Assembly (NCBI GenBank): GCA_943789375.1 | Contig: CALSTX010000007.1 | Coordinates: 17,696-81,695 of the forward strand | DNA length: 64,000 bases | Origin: an uncultured Opitutales bacterium | GTDB lineage: Bacteria > Verrucomicrobiota > Verrucomicrobiia > Opitutales > Seribacteraceae | Direction of reading: 5' to 3' | Shown: piece after piece, positions 48,924-60,628 of the stretch | How the letters are laid out: the number at the start of each line of letters is the position of its first letter | How positions within the stretch are numbered: position 1 is the first letter of the stretch | The notes under the pieces: model-generated | What the model was told of the DNA's origin: nothing | The model's database searches: none | Seen by the model: only the letters and a program-made list of their open reading frames with translations | Program-made: the position numbers and the translations under genes

Positions 48924-49985
48924 ATGTCCAAACAAACACAGAACAAAAGCCAATCAAATACAAAAAATTCAGATTTAGATCTAGCCTTTCAAGGTATAAA
49001 TAAAAAATTCGGTGAGGGAGCACTCATGAAACTTGGTGATGCCAAGAAAATGAATGTTTCCGTTATCTCAACCGGTTCTTTAGCAGTTGATTTGTCACTA
49101 GGGGCAGGCGGATTACCAAGAGGGAGAATTGTCGAGATCTATGGTCCTGAATCCTCTGGTAAGACAACCTTTTGCTTAAGCGTTATCGCTGAAGCCCAGC
49201 GCAAAGGTGGCAATGCTGTATTTGTAGATGTCGAACACGCCCTAGACCCAAGATATGCTAAAATTGTCGGTGTAGACCTTGATAATCTTATGGTATCACA
49301 ACCAGAAAGTGGTGAGGATGCCCTTAATATCACAGAAACACTTATTAGATCGGGTGCAATTGATGTCATCGTACTAGATTCTGTTGCCGCTCTTGTATCC
49401 AGACAAGAGTTAGACGGTCAAATGGGAGATACTACTGTTGGACTACAAGCCCGAATGATGAGTCAAGCCATGCGTCGGTTAACCGCAGCTATTTCCAAAA
49501 CAAATTGTGTATGTATATTTACAAACCAAATTAGAGAAAAAATAGGGGTAATGTTTGGAAGTCCAGAAACGACTCCAGGCGGTCGGGCATTGAAATTCTT
49601 TTGCTCTATTCGCATGGATATAAGAAGAATTGGGCAGATAAAAGAAGCAAATGGAACGGTAACTGGATCGAGAACACGATTAAAAATAGTTAAAAATAAA
49701 GTAGCACCACCATTTACTGCATGCGAATTTGACATTATGTACAATGAAGGAATATCAAGAACGGGATCTATATTAGACTTGGGAATTGAACATAATATTA
49801 TTACCAAAAAAGGGGCTTGGATTTCGTTTGATGGCAACTTGATTGGACAAGGCCGGGAAGCAGCCAAAATAGCACTTTCTGAAGATCCAAAATTAATGGA
49901 ACAAATTACTGAAGCAATTCTTGAAAAAGTTGAAGTATCTGTAGGTTCAGTCTTAGCTCAGGCAAAAGATGATGATGCTGAGTAA
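48924..49985 (+). CDS. recA: Recombinase RecA
   Basis: [58 protein letters not shown]. Confidence 0.99.
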   Translation: MSKQTQNKSQSNTKNSDLDLAFQGINKKFGEGALMKLGDAKKMNVSVISTGSLAVDLSLGAGGLPRGRIVEIYGPESSGKTTFCLSVIAEAQRKGGNAVFVDVEHALDPRYAKIVGVDLDNLMVSQPESGEDALNITETLIRSGAIDVIVLDSVAALVSRQELDGQMGDTTVGLQARMMSQAMRRLTAAISKTNCVCIFTNQIREKIGVMFGSPETTPGGRALKFFCSIRMDIRRIGQIKEANGTVTGSRTRLKIVKNKVAPPFTACEFDIMYNEGISRTGSILDLGIEHNIITKKGAWISFDGNLIGQGREAAKIALSEDPKLMEQITEAILEKVEVSVGSVLAQAKDDDAE

Positions 49986-50007
49986 GTAAATCGCTGAATA
50001 CTAATAC

Positions 50008-51360
50008 ATGACTGAAACGATTGTTGCTGTAGCAACACCGCCAGGTGAGTCTGCCCTTGCTATTTTACGCTTAAGTGGTGATCACTGTTCAAAAATTACT
50101 CTTAGTTGCTTTGACACCCCCTCCCCTATCCCTAGGCATTCCTATGTGTCAGAATACAGAAATTCAGCAGGAGATTCGATTGATCAGGTCGTTTGGTGTT
50201 TTTACCCCTCTGGTAAATCATTCACGGGAGAAGAAATGCTCGAGATTTCATGCCACGGAAACGAATTTATTATCAAAGAAATTATTAATGACCTACTTTC
50301 CTTCGACATTAGGGCAGCAGAACCAGGTGAATTTACAAAACGAGCTTTTTTATCCAAAAAAATTGATCTGACACAAGCTGAAGCAATCGCACAACTTATT
50401 TCTGCACAAAGTACAAGAGAAGCTAAGCTTTCAAAGAAAAACCTAGAGGGAAACTTGTCAGAAAAAATTCTAATAATTCAACAAAATATTCTTGGTATTG
50501 TATCAAAAATTGAAGCTTTCATTGATTTCCCGGAGGATGATATTGGCGAAAGACAAAGTGATATACTAATATCGCAAATTGCTGATATCGAATTTTTTAC
50601 AAAAACACTTGCTGATGCCTATCACAGAAACTCTTCATTAATTTCTAAACGAAAAGTAGTTTTAATAGGCTCACCAAATGCTGGCAAAAGTACTCTCTTC
50701 AACTGTATAGTTGGCTATGACAGATCTATTATTAGTACAACGCCTGGTACGACAAGGGACTACATCTCACAAGAAATTATAATCAATGATTCTAAAATTG
50801 ATTTAATTGATACAGCTGGATTACGAGATACCAAGGAAAAAATTGAATCAACCGGGGTTGATAATACAGTTAAACTACTAGAAAAAGCAGATGTTATTAT
50901 TCTAGTGCTTGATGTTTCACTGCCCTACCCTTCTTGTATTTCACAATACACAAAAAATAATCTCAAAAGTGAAAAATTGATTATCGTTGAAAACAAGAAT
51001 GATTTAAATCGTGAAATATCAACAAAGAATTATCCTCAAAACTTTAAAACAGTTAATATCAGCGCTAAAGATAACAAAGGTATTAACTGCTTACTTGATG
51101 AATTTAATAATTGTATTATGTCTCAAAACAATTCTGACAATAATGTAGATATTCTAATCAATTTACGTCAATATAACTGTCTTTCTAATGCTTGTGAATA
51201 TTTCGTGAAAGCACGAGCTATTCTTGTGGATTGTGATGATTACCTCTTAGCTTCTATTGAGTTAAACGAAGCACTTATTCAAATTGGTGAAATCATAGGT
51301 CATACAGACAATGAAGACATGCTCGATAAACTGTTTAAGAATTTTTGTATCGGGAAATGA
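50008..51360 (+). CDS. mnmE: tRNA modification GTPase MnmE
   Basis: SFTGEEMLEISCHG, AEPGEFTKRAF, GSPNAGKS, PGTTRD, DTAGLR, NKND, terminal FCIGK. Confidence 0.97.
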   Translation: MTETIVAVATPPGESALAILRLSGDHCSKITLSCFDTPSPIPRHSYVSEYRNSAGDSIDQVVWCFYPSGKSFTGEEMLEISCHGNEFIIKEIINDLLSFDIRAAEPGEFTKRAFLSKKIDLTQAEAIAQLISAQSTREAKLSKKNLEGNLSEKILIIQQNILGIVSKIEAFIDFPEDDIGERQSDILISQIADIEFFTKTLADAYHRNSSLISKRKVVLIGSPNAGKSTLFNCIVGYDRSIISTTPGTTRDYISQEIIINDSKIDLIDTAGLRDTKEKIESTGVDNTVKLLEKADVIILVLDVSLPYPSCISQYTKNNLKSEKLIIVENKNDLNREISTKNYPQNFKTVNISAKDNKGINCLLDEFNNCIMSQNNSDNNVDILINLRQYNCLSNACEYFVKARAILVDCDDYLLASIELNEALIQIGEIIGHTDNEDMLDKLFKNFCIGK

Positions 51361-53231
51361 CTGCTTCAATTGGTGAAACAGAGCATTGTCCATTCGATGT
51401 AATTATCTGCGGAGCAGGTCATGCTGGATGCGAAGCTGCCCTTGCATCCGCAAGGCTTGGCTCAAAAGTTCTAGTACTCACAGGCAATCTTGACACGATT
51501 GCTCAGATGAGTTGCAACCCGGCAATAGGTGGACAAGCAAAAGGTCAAATTGTACGAGAGATTGATGCACTGGGTGGAGGCATGGCTTTAAACACGGATG
51601 CATCAGCAATTCAGTACAAATTACTTAACACTTCGAAAGGTGAAGCAGTTCAAGCACCTCGTGCACAGTGTGACAAAAAAAGATACCAGCTAAGAATGAA
51701 GCATATTCTTGAACTGGAAGAAAACATTTCGATTTTTCAGGGACTTGTGCATGGCTTACTCATAAAAAAAGGTAAATGCATTGGTGTTAAAACCTCGATT
51801 GGAATTAAATTCTTCGGAGCAACAACAATCGTAACTACCGGTACATTTCTTCAAGCATTAATGCATATCGGACAGGAGAAAAGCAAGGGCGGAAGACTCG
51901 GGGATCATGTTGCTACAGGCTTATCAAAAGATTTCATTAAATGTGGCATTAAACTCGGGAGATTTAAAACAGGAACACCTCCACGATTGCATGGCGGAAG
52001 TATTAACTTCAGCAATTTAGAAAAACAATCAGGGGATACAATTCCAACGAAATTTGCTTTTTATGATACAAGACCACAAGAAGAATTGTTCCATGTGGAA
52101 CAAAACTCACGATGGTTCCATGCGGAACGTAAACCATTCATGCCAACGCAAGTTGATTGCTTCGTATCAAGTACTCAAAAGAAGACAAAAGAAATCATTG
52201 AGGCAAATATTCATTTATCACCTCTATACAAAGGTGACATTGTTGGTACTGGTCCAAGATACTGCCCTAGTATTGAAGACAAAACAGTTAAATTTAATCA
52301 AAAAGATAGTCACAAGGTTTACCTTGAACCCGAAGGTCTTGACACGGATGAATGGTATATTAATGGGCTCTCAACTAGCCTCCCTTTTTCAGTACAAAAA
52401 GAAATTTTGAAAACAATTCCTGGATTAGAAAACACACAAATACTCCGCCCCGCCTACGCGGTAGAGTACGATTATGCACTTCCGACTCAACTATCGTTTT
52501 CACTTGAATCTCTTAAAGTAGAGAATCTTTTTTTTGCAGGCCAAATTAATGGTACATCAGGATATGAAGAAGCTGCCGCACAAGGCCTTGTTGCAGGTAT
52601 TAATGCCGCACAAAAGTGCAAAGGATTTGATCCTGTTCAATTTCATAGAGATGAAGGTTATATTGGAGTATTAATAGATGACTTAATTACCAAGGGCACG
52701 AATGAACCTTACCGAATGTTTACTAGCAGAGCAGAATATCGCTTATTGTTCAACCATGGTAGTAGCGAACTTAGGTATCTCAAAAAGTTAGTAGATCTGA
52801 ACCTTGTTTCACCAAAAAGATTAGAAAACATTTTATTAAAAAAATCGTTGATTAATAAATGGTTCACCAAAGCTAGTACTGAGAAATTTTCAGGTAACGA
52901 TTCCTATGCTGATTTATACCGAAAGGGTAGGGCAGACTTGCAGTTTAGTCCTGAATTCTCTAAACTAAGCCCTGAAATTAGAAGCGAAGTCCATTATCGT
53001 ATTAAATATGATGGTTACCTTCACCGTGAAACCAAGAACATTACTAAAATGAAAGCTGCAGAAAACATCAAAATTCCAAAGGATTATGATTACTCTACAG
53101 TCCCGGGTTTAAAAAATGAATGCCTGCAGAAACTCACTAATATTCGTCCTGAAACACTAGCACAAGCTTCCAGAATCCCAGGTGTTAATCCTGCCGATGT
53201 AAATGTTTTAATGGTGATGCTCTCAAGGTAA
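51357..53231 (+). CDS. mnmG: tRNA uridine-5-carboxymethylaminomethyl modification enzyme MnmG (GidA)
   Basis: GAGHAGCEAA, MSCNPAIGG, KTGTPPR, GPRYCPSIEDK, AGQINGTSGYEEAAAQG, YRMFTSRAEYRL; ATGA overlap with mnmE at 51357-51360. Confidence 0.97.
   Translation: MTASIGETEHCPFDVIICGAGHAGCEAALASARLGSKVLVLTGNLDTIAQMSCNPAIGGQAKGQIVREIDALGGGMALNTDASAIQYKLLNTSKGEAVQAPRAQCDKKRYQLRMKHILELEENISIFQGLVHGLLIKKGKCIGVKTSIGIKFFGATTIVTTGTFLQALMHIGQEKSKGGRLGDHVATGLSKDFIKCGIKLGRFKTGTPPRLHGGSINFSNLEKQSGDTIPTKFAFYDTRPQEELFHVEQNSRWFHAERKPFMPTQVDCFVSSTQKKTKEIIEANIHLSPLYKGDIVGTGPRYCPSIEDKTVKFNQKDSHKVYLEPEGLDTDEWYINGLSTSLPFSVQKEILKTIPGLENTQILRPAYAVEYDYALPTQLSFSLESLKVENLFFAGQINGTSGYEEAAAQGLVAGINAAQKCKGFDPVQFHRDEGYIGVLIDDLITKGTNEPYRMFTSRAEYRLLFNHGSSELRYLKKLVDLNLVSPKRLENILLKKSLINKWFTKASTEKFSGNDSYADLYRKGRADLQFSPEFSKLSPEIRSEVHYRIKYDGYLHRETKNITKMKAAENIKIPKDYDYSTVPGLKNECLQKLTNIRPETLAQASRIPGVNPADVNVLMVMLSR
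52087..52102. promoter_or_regulatory. parS-like centromere site 1 (within mnmG)
   Basis: TGTTCCATGTGGAACA, a 16-bp near-perfect palindrome matching the parS consensus TGTTNCACGTGAAACA with two differences. Confidence 0.7.
52114..52129. promoter_or_regulatory. parS-like site 2 (degenerate)
   Basis: GGTTCCATGCGGAACG, starting 27 bp after site 1. Confidence 0.45.
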
Positions 53232-53235
53232 TCTT

Positions 53236-53835
53236 ATGATCACCCCAAATGATTTATTACTACATAGAGCACAAAGATTGCTCTTATTAAAAAAAACAAT
53301 TCACTCTTTACCTAACATAAATTGTGACAGTTCAGAACTCTTAAACTTAGAAATTGGATGCGGTCATGGTCATTGGTTGACATCCTTTGCAGAAATAGCC
53401 AAAGAAAGAAAATTTATTGGAATAGATTTGATTACTAAAAGAATAGCAAAAGCTAATCAAAAGGTTTCCAAAAGATTATTGAAAAATATTTCTTTTCTCA
53501 AAGCAGAAGCCACAGAATTCCTTACCGCATTACCTCTTAATATTTTGTTACAGGATTGTTTTGTGATGTACCCGGATCCATGGCCAAAAAATCGCCATCA
53601 TAAAAGAAGATTAATTAATCAATCATTCTTAGATTTACTTGCAGAGAATTGTACTAACACTTCTAAATTGTATTTCATGACAGACCATTTGGATTACTTT
53701 CGTTGGTCAAAGCAAACAATTTCTAATTCCAAACATTGGAATATTACGTCGGGTCAATGGCCTCATGTTGAAACTAGTTATTTTCAGAATTTATTACCTA
53801 AAAACACTTTTTTGGTTGCTGATAGACTTTATTGA
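53236..53835 (+). CDS. trmB: tRNA (guanine-N7)-methyltransferase
   Basis: LEIGCGHG, FIGID, YPDPWPKNRHHKRRL, MTDHLDYF. Confidence 0.93.
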   Translation: MITPNDLLLHRAQRLLLLKKTIHSLPNINCDSSELLNLEIGCGHGHWLTSFAEIAKERKFIGIDLITKRIAKANQKVSKRLLKNISFLKAEATEFLTALPLNILLQDCFVMYPDPWPKNRHHKRRLINQSFLDLLAENCTNTSKLYFMTDHLDYFRWSKQTISNSKHWNITSGQWPHVETSYFQNLLPKNTFLVADRLY

Positions 53836-53907
53836 TAAGTAAAACTAATATTTGCAGTAAGGTTTCATTAGAGATAACAGCTTTTATTTTTTTTTACATG
53901 TTGATGT

Positions 53908-53936
53908 TTGACCAAAGTCTCATGATTGCCTATAAG
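53908..53936 (+). promoter_or_regulatory. Putative sigma70-type promoter of the atp operon
   Basis: TTGACC-N17-TATAAG, 14 nt upstream of the atpB TTG. Confidence 0.55.
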
Positions 53937-53950
53937 GTTTTAATTTTATT

Positions 53951-54814
53951 TTGAGGCCATTAGCTACAGTTATTGCTTTGTTTCTTACCACCCACCATCT
54001 ATCAGCGGCTGGTGATGGCGTGCATTTGAAAGCGGATTCATTTTTTGAGATTGCTGGTCTACCGATCACCAATTCGATGATAACTAGTTGGGTGGTTTCA
54101 TTGTTCATCATTATAGCGATTAGGATTCTCGTAGGAAGCCCACAGCTCGTTCCAAATAAGGGTCAAATCATCGTAGAATCCGTTGTCTCTGGCTTGCGTG
54201 GAATGCTTGAGCCAATAGTTGGAAAAAAAGTTTTCTTTCCGTCCTTTTGGTTATTAAGCGGATTGTTTATTTTCATCATCATCCAAAATTGGTCTGGTCT
54301 CCTACCTGGTGTTGGCACCATTGGTTATGGTTCTATTATTGATGATCACTTTAGTGTAAACAAACCTCTAATACGTCCAGGTAATGCCGACATCAATATG
54401 ACATTGGCACTATCATTGGTAGCTAACTTATTTTGGGTATACTTTATCGTTAAATACGCAGGTTTAAAGGCTATTGTTAAAGATTGGTTTGGAAACAAAG
54501 CAGACAAAAAGGAAGTTCATATTTTAATGTTCGCTGCCCTGTCTCTAATCTTCATCGCAGTCGGATTTATTGAGGTTCTTTCCATCGTTTTTCGCCCAGT
54601 TTCCTTAACCTTCAGGTTATTCGGCAATGTTTTCGGTGGAGAAAGCTTACTTCACAGCATGTTTTATCTAGTTCCTCAAATAAATTGGATCCTCCCTGTT
54701 CCCTTTTATTTTATGGAAGTTTTAATAGGTCTTGTCCAAGCCCTTGTTTTTACTCTTCTAGTCGCCGTTTACATCGGTCTAATCTGCAACCATGAAGAAG
54801 GGGACAATCATTAA
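53951..54814 (+). CDS. atpB: ATP synthase F0 subunit a
   Basis: PNKGQ, IQNWSGLLPG, RPVSLTFRLFGNVFGGE, QALVFTLLVAVY. Confidence 0.95.
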   Translation: MRPLATVIALFLTTHHLSAAGDGVHLKADSFFEIAGLPITNSMITSWVVSLFIIIAIRILVGSPQLVPNKGQIIVESVVSGLRGMLEPIVGKKVFFPSFWLLSGLFIFIIIQNWSGLLPGVGTIGYGSIIDDHFSVNKPLIRPGNADINMTLALSLVANLFWVYFIVKYAGLKAIVKDWFGNKADKKEVHILMFAALSLIFIAVGFIEVLSIVFRPVSLTFRLFGNVFGGESLLHSMFYLVPQINWILPVPFYFMEVLIGLVQALVFTLLVAVYIGLICNHEEGDNH

Positions 54815-54885
54815 TTTTCGTATCGTGACTATATACCAAAATGTAGGCGTGCGTTCACCATCATAAACTCAAATAAATACTAATT

Positions 54886-55107
54886 ATGTACGATATACTA
54901 GCACAAGCAGAACAAGTTTCACAAATCACAGGTAGCATTCAAGGAGCACTCGGTTGCTTAGGTGCTGCAATTGGCGTAGGCATTGTCGGAATGAAGGGCG
55001 TAGAAGCTGTCGGACGCAACCCAGATGCTGGCGGAAAGATTCTCGTTCAATCTATCCTCGGAATGGCGTTGGCAGAAGCGGTAGCTTTTTATTCCCTCTT
55101 TCTATAA
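54886..55107 (+). CDS. atpE: ATP synthase F0 subunit c
   Basis: GAAIGVG, VGRNP loop, ALAEA carboxylate. Confidence 0.95.
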   Translation: MYDILAQAEQVSQITGSIQGALGCLGAAIGVGIVGMKGVEAVGRNPDAGGKILVQSILGMALAEAVAFYSLFL

Positions 55108-55125
55108 TTTTTATCTGGAGAGGGC

Positions 55126-55662
55126 ATGAGTACATTAGCTAGCATTACTGATACCGCTCAAGATATCGCTGATACCTTTGGTGTCGATTGGCCAATGCTT
55201 ATTGCCCAATCCATTAATTTTTTAATTGTTGCATTTGTCATATGGAAATTCGCTTTCAGCAATGTACTCTCCACAATCAAAGAAAGAGAGAAACAAATCG
55301 CAGATTCTCTTAAGAATGCAGACCGAATTAAACTTGAATTAGAAGAAACTGAAAAAAAACAGCAGGAAACACTTCAAGAAGCTTCCCTCTCTGCTAAGAA
55401 AACAGTTACTGACGCCCAAGACAAAGCAAAGGCATTTATTGAAGGGCAAAAGGATGATGCGCGTAAGCAAGCAGAAGAAATCATATCCAAAGCCAAAATA
55501 GCTATGGATCTAGAACGAGAGAAAGTTCTTAAAGAGGCAAGAGAAGAAATTGCCTCTTTGGTAATTCTAACCACAACTAAGGTCCTCCAAAAAGAGTTAA
55601 GTGAAGATGATAGATCGAGATTTTCTCAGTCAGCTATCGAAAATTTAAATCTTACAAAATAG
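55126..55662 (+). CDS. atpF: ATP synthase F0 subunit b
   Basis: AQSINFLIV TM segment followed by a long charged coiled coil; operon position. Confidence 0.93.
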   Translation: MSTLASITDTAQDIADTFGVDWPMLIAQSINFLIVAFVIWKFAFSNVLSTIKEREKQIADSLKNADRIKLELEETEKKQQETLQEASLSAKKTVTDAQDKAKAFIEGQKDDARKQAEEIISKAKIAMDLEREKVLKEAREEIASLVILTTTKVLQKELSEDDRSRFSQSAIENLNLTK

Positions 55663-55665
55663 CTT

Positions 55666-56076
55666 TTGTTTTCACTGATGACTTCCTCTTCAAAACACAA
55701 AAAATTAGCGAAAAGCCTTCTCCAATTTTCCTTGAATGAAGAAGGTCATATTGTTGATTCAAAGATCGAGGAAATACTCAGCTCCCTAAGATCATCCAAC
55801 CCTTCAGGATTAAAATCTCTTTTAAGATTTTTCTACACTGAAGTTCGTCGTTACGAATACACCTACCATGCTATTGCCGAAATTGGGTGCAAAGATGAGC
55901 CTAATATAACAAATTCGATTGTTAAAAAACTTGAAAGTGCTATCGGTAAAAACATTAAGCTTACCGTTATCGAAAATCCCCAAATCATATCTGGTTGCAG
56001 AGTCCGCCTAAAAGACGATGTTTATGAAGATTCTCTTCAAAGCAGGCTCCAAAACCTTGAAAAATCATTTCACTAA
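55666..56076 (+). CDS. atpH: ATP synthase F1 subunit delta (short form)
   Basis: C-terminal ENPQIISGCRVRLKDDVYEDSL OSCP-like motif; position between atpF and atpA; alternative ATG start at 55678. Confidence 0.8.
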   Translation: MFSLMTSSSKHKKLAKSLLQFSLNEEGHIVDSKIEEILSSLRSSNPSGLKSLLRFFYTEVRRYEYTYHAIAEIGCKDEPNITNSIVKKLESAIGKNIKLTVIENPQIISGCRVRLKDDVYEDSLQSRLQNLEKSFH

Positions 56077-56092
56077 TCGACACACATAAACC

Positions 56093-57625
56093 ATGAGTTC
56101 TATCACTGATCTTATCCGTAAGGAAATTGAAAACCTTTCTACCGACGCTACCCGTACAAATGTCGGAACCATTACAACCCTTGCAGATGGAGTTGCAAAA
56201 GTTGAAGGGCTTTCAAAAGTCATGTTTAATGAAATGGTGGAATTTCCTAATAATATTTTAGGAATTGCTCTGAATTTAGAGGAAGATTCTGTTGGCTGTG
56301 TTTTGCTTGGAGATACAAGCTCGCTTAAAGAAGGTGATGAAGTTCGTACTACAGGTAAATTACTTTCGGTTCCTGTGGGAAAAGCATTGCTTGGCAGGGT
56401 AGTGGATGCGGTGGGTAGACCAATAGATGATAAGGGCACTATCGATTCAGACCAAAGCTCGCCTGTTGAAAAAATTGCGCCCGGTATCATTCCAAGAAAA
56501 TCTGTAGATCAACCTTTGCAGACAGGGATAATGGCAGTTGATTCAATGGTACCAATTGGAAGAGGGCAACGGGAACTAATCATCGGTGATAGATCAACAG
56601 GAAAAACTACCATTGCTATTGATACGATCATCAATCAGGCCAAGATCAATAAACAAGGTGAAAAATCTGGAGACCCTAACTTTAGAGCTGTTTACTGTAT
56701 TTATGTAGCCGTTGGACAAAAAAACTCCAATGTTGCGAGAACAATTAAAATACTCGAAGAAGCAGGTGCCCTTGAATATGTAATTATTGTCTCAGCACCA
56801 GCAGCTGACAACCCTGCTAATCAATATCTTGCCCCTTACTCTGGATGTGCAATGGGAGAATGGTTTATGGAAAACGGGATGGACGCCCTTATCGTTTATG
56901 ATGATCTTTCCAAGCACGCTGTTGCTTACCGGCAAATTTCTCTCATCTTAAAACGTCCCTCTGGAAGAGAAGCATACCCCGGAGATGTATTTTATCTTCA
57001 TTCTAGACTTCTCGAGCGTTCGGCTCGGCTTAATGAAAACAGCGGTAATGGTTCCCTCACTGCTCTTCCAATTATTGAAACCCAAATGGGAGATGTTTCT
57101 GGGTACATTCCAACCAATGTAATTTCAATTACGGATGGACAAATTTTCTTAGAAACAGATTTATTTAATAAAGGTATTAGGCCAGCAGTCTCTGTTGGGT
57201 TATCCGTTTCTCGGGTTGGTTCAGCTGCTCAAATTAAGGCCTACAAAAAGGTTGCAGGGAAAGTTAAACTTGAGCTTGCCCAGTTCCGTGAGCTTGCCGC
57301 TTTTTCACAATTTGAATCTGACCTGGATGCTTCGACAAAAGCACGACTTGACCGGGGTGCTCGTATCGTTGAAATGTTCAAACAAGGTGCCTATTCCCCC
57401 ATACCTGTTGAAGTACAATCCGCAATTATGTGGGGCATGCAAAATGACTTCTTTGACTCTATTTCAGCCCAAGACATCCAACGGGCTGTCGAAAGCTTAA
57501 AGGAGTATCTTTCAGCTCAAGGAAAAGATGTTTGTGATGAAATTTATAATTCTGGAAAGTTGGAAGATTCAACAGTCCAAAATCTTCGAGTTGCTTTTGA
57601 AGACTGGAAGAGAACTTTCGCCTAA
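56093..57625 (+). CDS. atpA: ATP synthase F1 subunit alpha
   Basis: [44 protein letters not shown]. Confidence 0.98.
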   Translation: MSSITDLIRKEIENLSTDATRTNVGTITTLADGVAKVEGLSKVMFNEMVEFPNNILGIALNLEEDSVGCVLLGDTSSLKEGDEVRTTGKLLSVPVGKALLGRVVDAVGRPIDDKGTIDSDQSSPVEKIAPGIIPRKSVDQPLQTGIMAVDSMVPIGRGQRELIIGDRSTGKTTIAIDTIINQAKINKQGEKSGDPNFRAVYCIYVAVGQKNSNVARTIKILEEAGALEYVIIVSAPAADNPANQYLAPYSGCAMGEWFMENGMDALIVYDDLSKHAVAYRQISLILKRPSGREAYPGDVFYLHSRLLERSARLNENSGNGSLTALPIIETQMGDVSGYIPTNVISITDGQIFLETDLFNKGIRPAVSVGLSVSRVGSAAQIKAYKKVAGKVKLELAQFRELAAFSQFESDLDASTKARLDRGARIVEMFKQGAYSPIPVEVQSAIMWGMQNDFFDSISAQDIQRAVESLKEYLSAQGKDVCDEIYNSGKLEDSTVQNLRVAFEDWKRTFA

Positions 57626-57644
57626 ACTTCTATAGTTTTACAAG

Positions 57645-58520
57645 ATGGCCTCTTCCAAAGACATTCGTAACAGAATAAAGGGTGTTAAAAGCACGCGTCA
57701 GATTACGCGTGCTATGCAGATGGTAGCCACATCCAAAATGAAAAAGGCTCAGGATAGTGCAAAGTCAGGAAGACCTTATGCATTACTCCTATCTGATATT
57801 ATTGTATCCATCGCAGATGAATTTGAAGAGTTGACCAGTGCCCATTTTATTCAAAAACCGATCAAACATAGAGGTATATTGGTTATTGGAACGGATAAAG
57901 GCCTTTGTGGTGCACTCAATGGAAATCTATTTAGGAAATTATCGGATATTGAAAGTTCTGCAAAGTTTGTAGCGGTTGGAAAACGGGCCACTCAATATTT
58001 AAGTCGTTCCAGAAAAGACTTACTCGCAGATTTCACCTTACCAGATAAACCAACTTTTAATGATGTCAGAAAAATCGTAGATTTTCTTCTACGAAGTTAC
58101 GATGAAGGTCGTATCGACACGATCGAAGTACTTTTCACAAGTTTCATTAATACCCTCCAGCAAGAGCCTGAACTTGTAAGATTATTTCCACTCAATGGCC
58201 TTGATGAGATGAACGAGAAGCTTCATCAAAGATTTGGGAGTTTGGAACATGAAGTTCCCAAAGACAATCGAGAGATCTTAATTGAAGATAGAGACAAAAT
58301 TTTATCTGAAATATCTTCACTTTATTTAAAACAAGAAATATTTCAGCTTATTTTGGAAGCGCAAGCCTCTGAACACAGTGCCCGAATGGTTGCAATGAAG
58401 ACAGCAACCGATAATGCTGGAAATCTTATCGATGATTTAACCCTGCAATACAATAGAGCGAGACAAGCTGCTATCACTCAAGAAATTCTTGAGATTTCTG
58501 CTGCTGCCTTCTCTGATTAA
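57645..58520 (+). CDS. atpG: ATP synthase F1 subunit gamma
   Basis: ITRAMQMVA, DKGLCGALN, SEHSARMVAMKTATDNA, RQAAITQE. Confidence 0.97.
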   Translation: MASSKDIRNRIKGVKSTRQITRAMQMVATSKMKKAQDSAKSGRPYALLLSDIIVSIADEFEELTSAHFIQKPIKHRGILVIGTDKGLCGALNGNLFRKLSDIESSAKFVAVGKRATQYLSRSRKDLLADFTLPDKPTFNDVRKIVDFLLRSYDEGRIDTIEVLFTSFINTLQQEPELVRLFPLNGLDEMNEKLHQRFGSLEHEVPKDNREILIEDRDKILSEISSLYLKQEIFQLILEAQASEHSARMVAMKTATDNAGNLIDDLTLQYNRARQAAITQEILEISAAAFSD

Positions 58521-59997
<1,477 letters not shown>

Positions 59998-60013
<16 letters not shown>

Positions 60014-60413
60014 AAATCGTTACCCCGAGCGAGGTTGTTTACTCCGAGCAGGTTGATCATGTCGTAATCCCTACATCGAGAGGAAAAATTGATGTCCTTC
60101 CTCATCATATTCCTATCATAGACACCCTTTCTGCAGGTGACATCAAAGTGGAAAAAGACGGTTCAACTCATTACCTAGCGGTTGGTTCCGGATTTGTTGA
60201 AGTCTACGCCGAAAAAGTTTCTCTTTTAACGGACCAAGCCATTGATATTAGCAACTCTGACGAAGCAGAAATCGAAGAAGCGGTTAAGTCGGGCTGCGGA
60301 AGCCCTTAACGAAGCCAAACAGAAGTAATTTCGACCAAGCACAAATTGACAAATTAGAGGCTGCGGCACGTTTTGCTTTTGCACAAAAAGTTGCAAAAGC
60401 TAAGGCAAGGTAG
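59998..60413 (+). CDS. atpC: ATP synthase F1 subunit epsilon, broken by insertions near 60289 and 60326
   Basis: [23 protein letters not shown]. Removing T60289 and T60326 gives the helical tail [41 protein letters not shown]-stop (TAG 60411-60413). Confidence 0.9.
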
Positions 60414-60418
60414 TCATC

Positions 60419-60446
60419 TTGACTGTCCCTTTCCTTTTGTTAGTCT
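60419..60446 (+). promoter_or_regulatory. Putative promoter of the tRNA gene
   Basis: TTGACT-N16-TAGTCT, 12 nt upstream of the tRNA 5' end. Confidence 0.4.
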
Positions 60447-60458
60447 AATCAATTTTCC

Positions 60459-60534
<76 letters not shown>

Positions 60535-60542
60535 TTTCTTTT

Positions 60543-60582
60543 AATCAAACTGTCTAATTTTTATTCAGTTTGATTTTTTTTT
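60543..60582 (+). terminator. Intrinsic terminator after the tRNA
   Basis: 10-bp stem AATCAAACTG (60543-60552) / CAGTTTGATT (60566-60575) followed by a T run. Confidence 0.65.
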
Positions 60583-60628
60583 GATTTAAGGCACAACAAT
60601 TTCTATGTCATGCTGACATAAATTTATT

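Noticed and set aside
54886-55107. Na+-translocating or N-type ATPase
   Set aside because: Na+ ligands are missing in subunit c, and the gene order (B-E-F-H-A-G-D-C) is canonical F-type.
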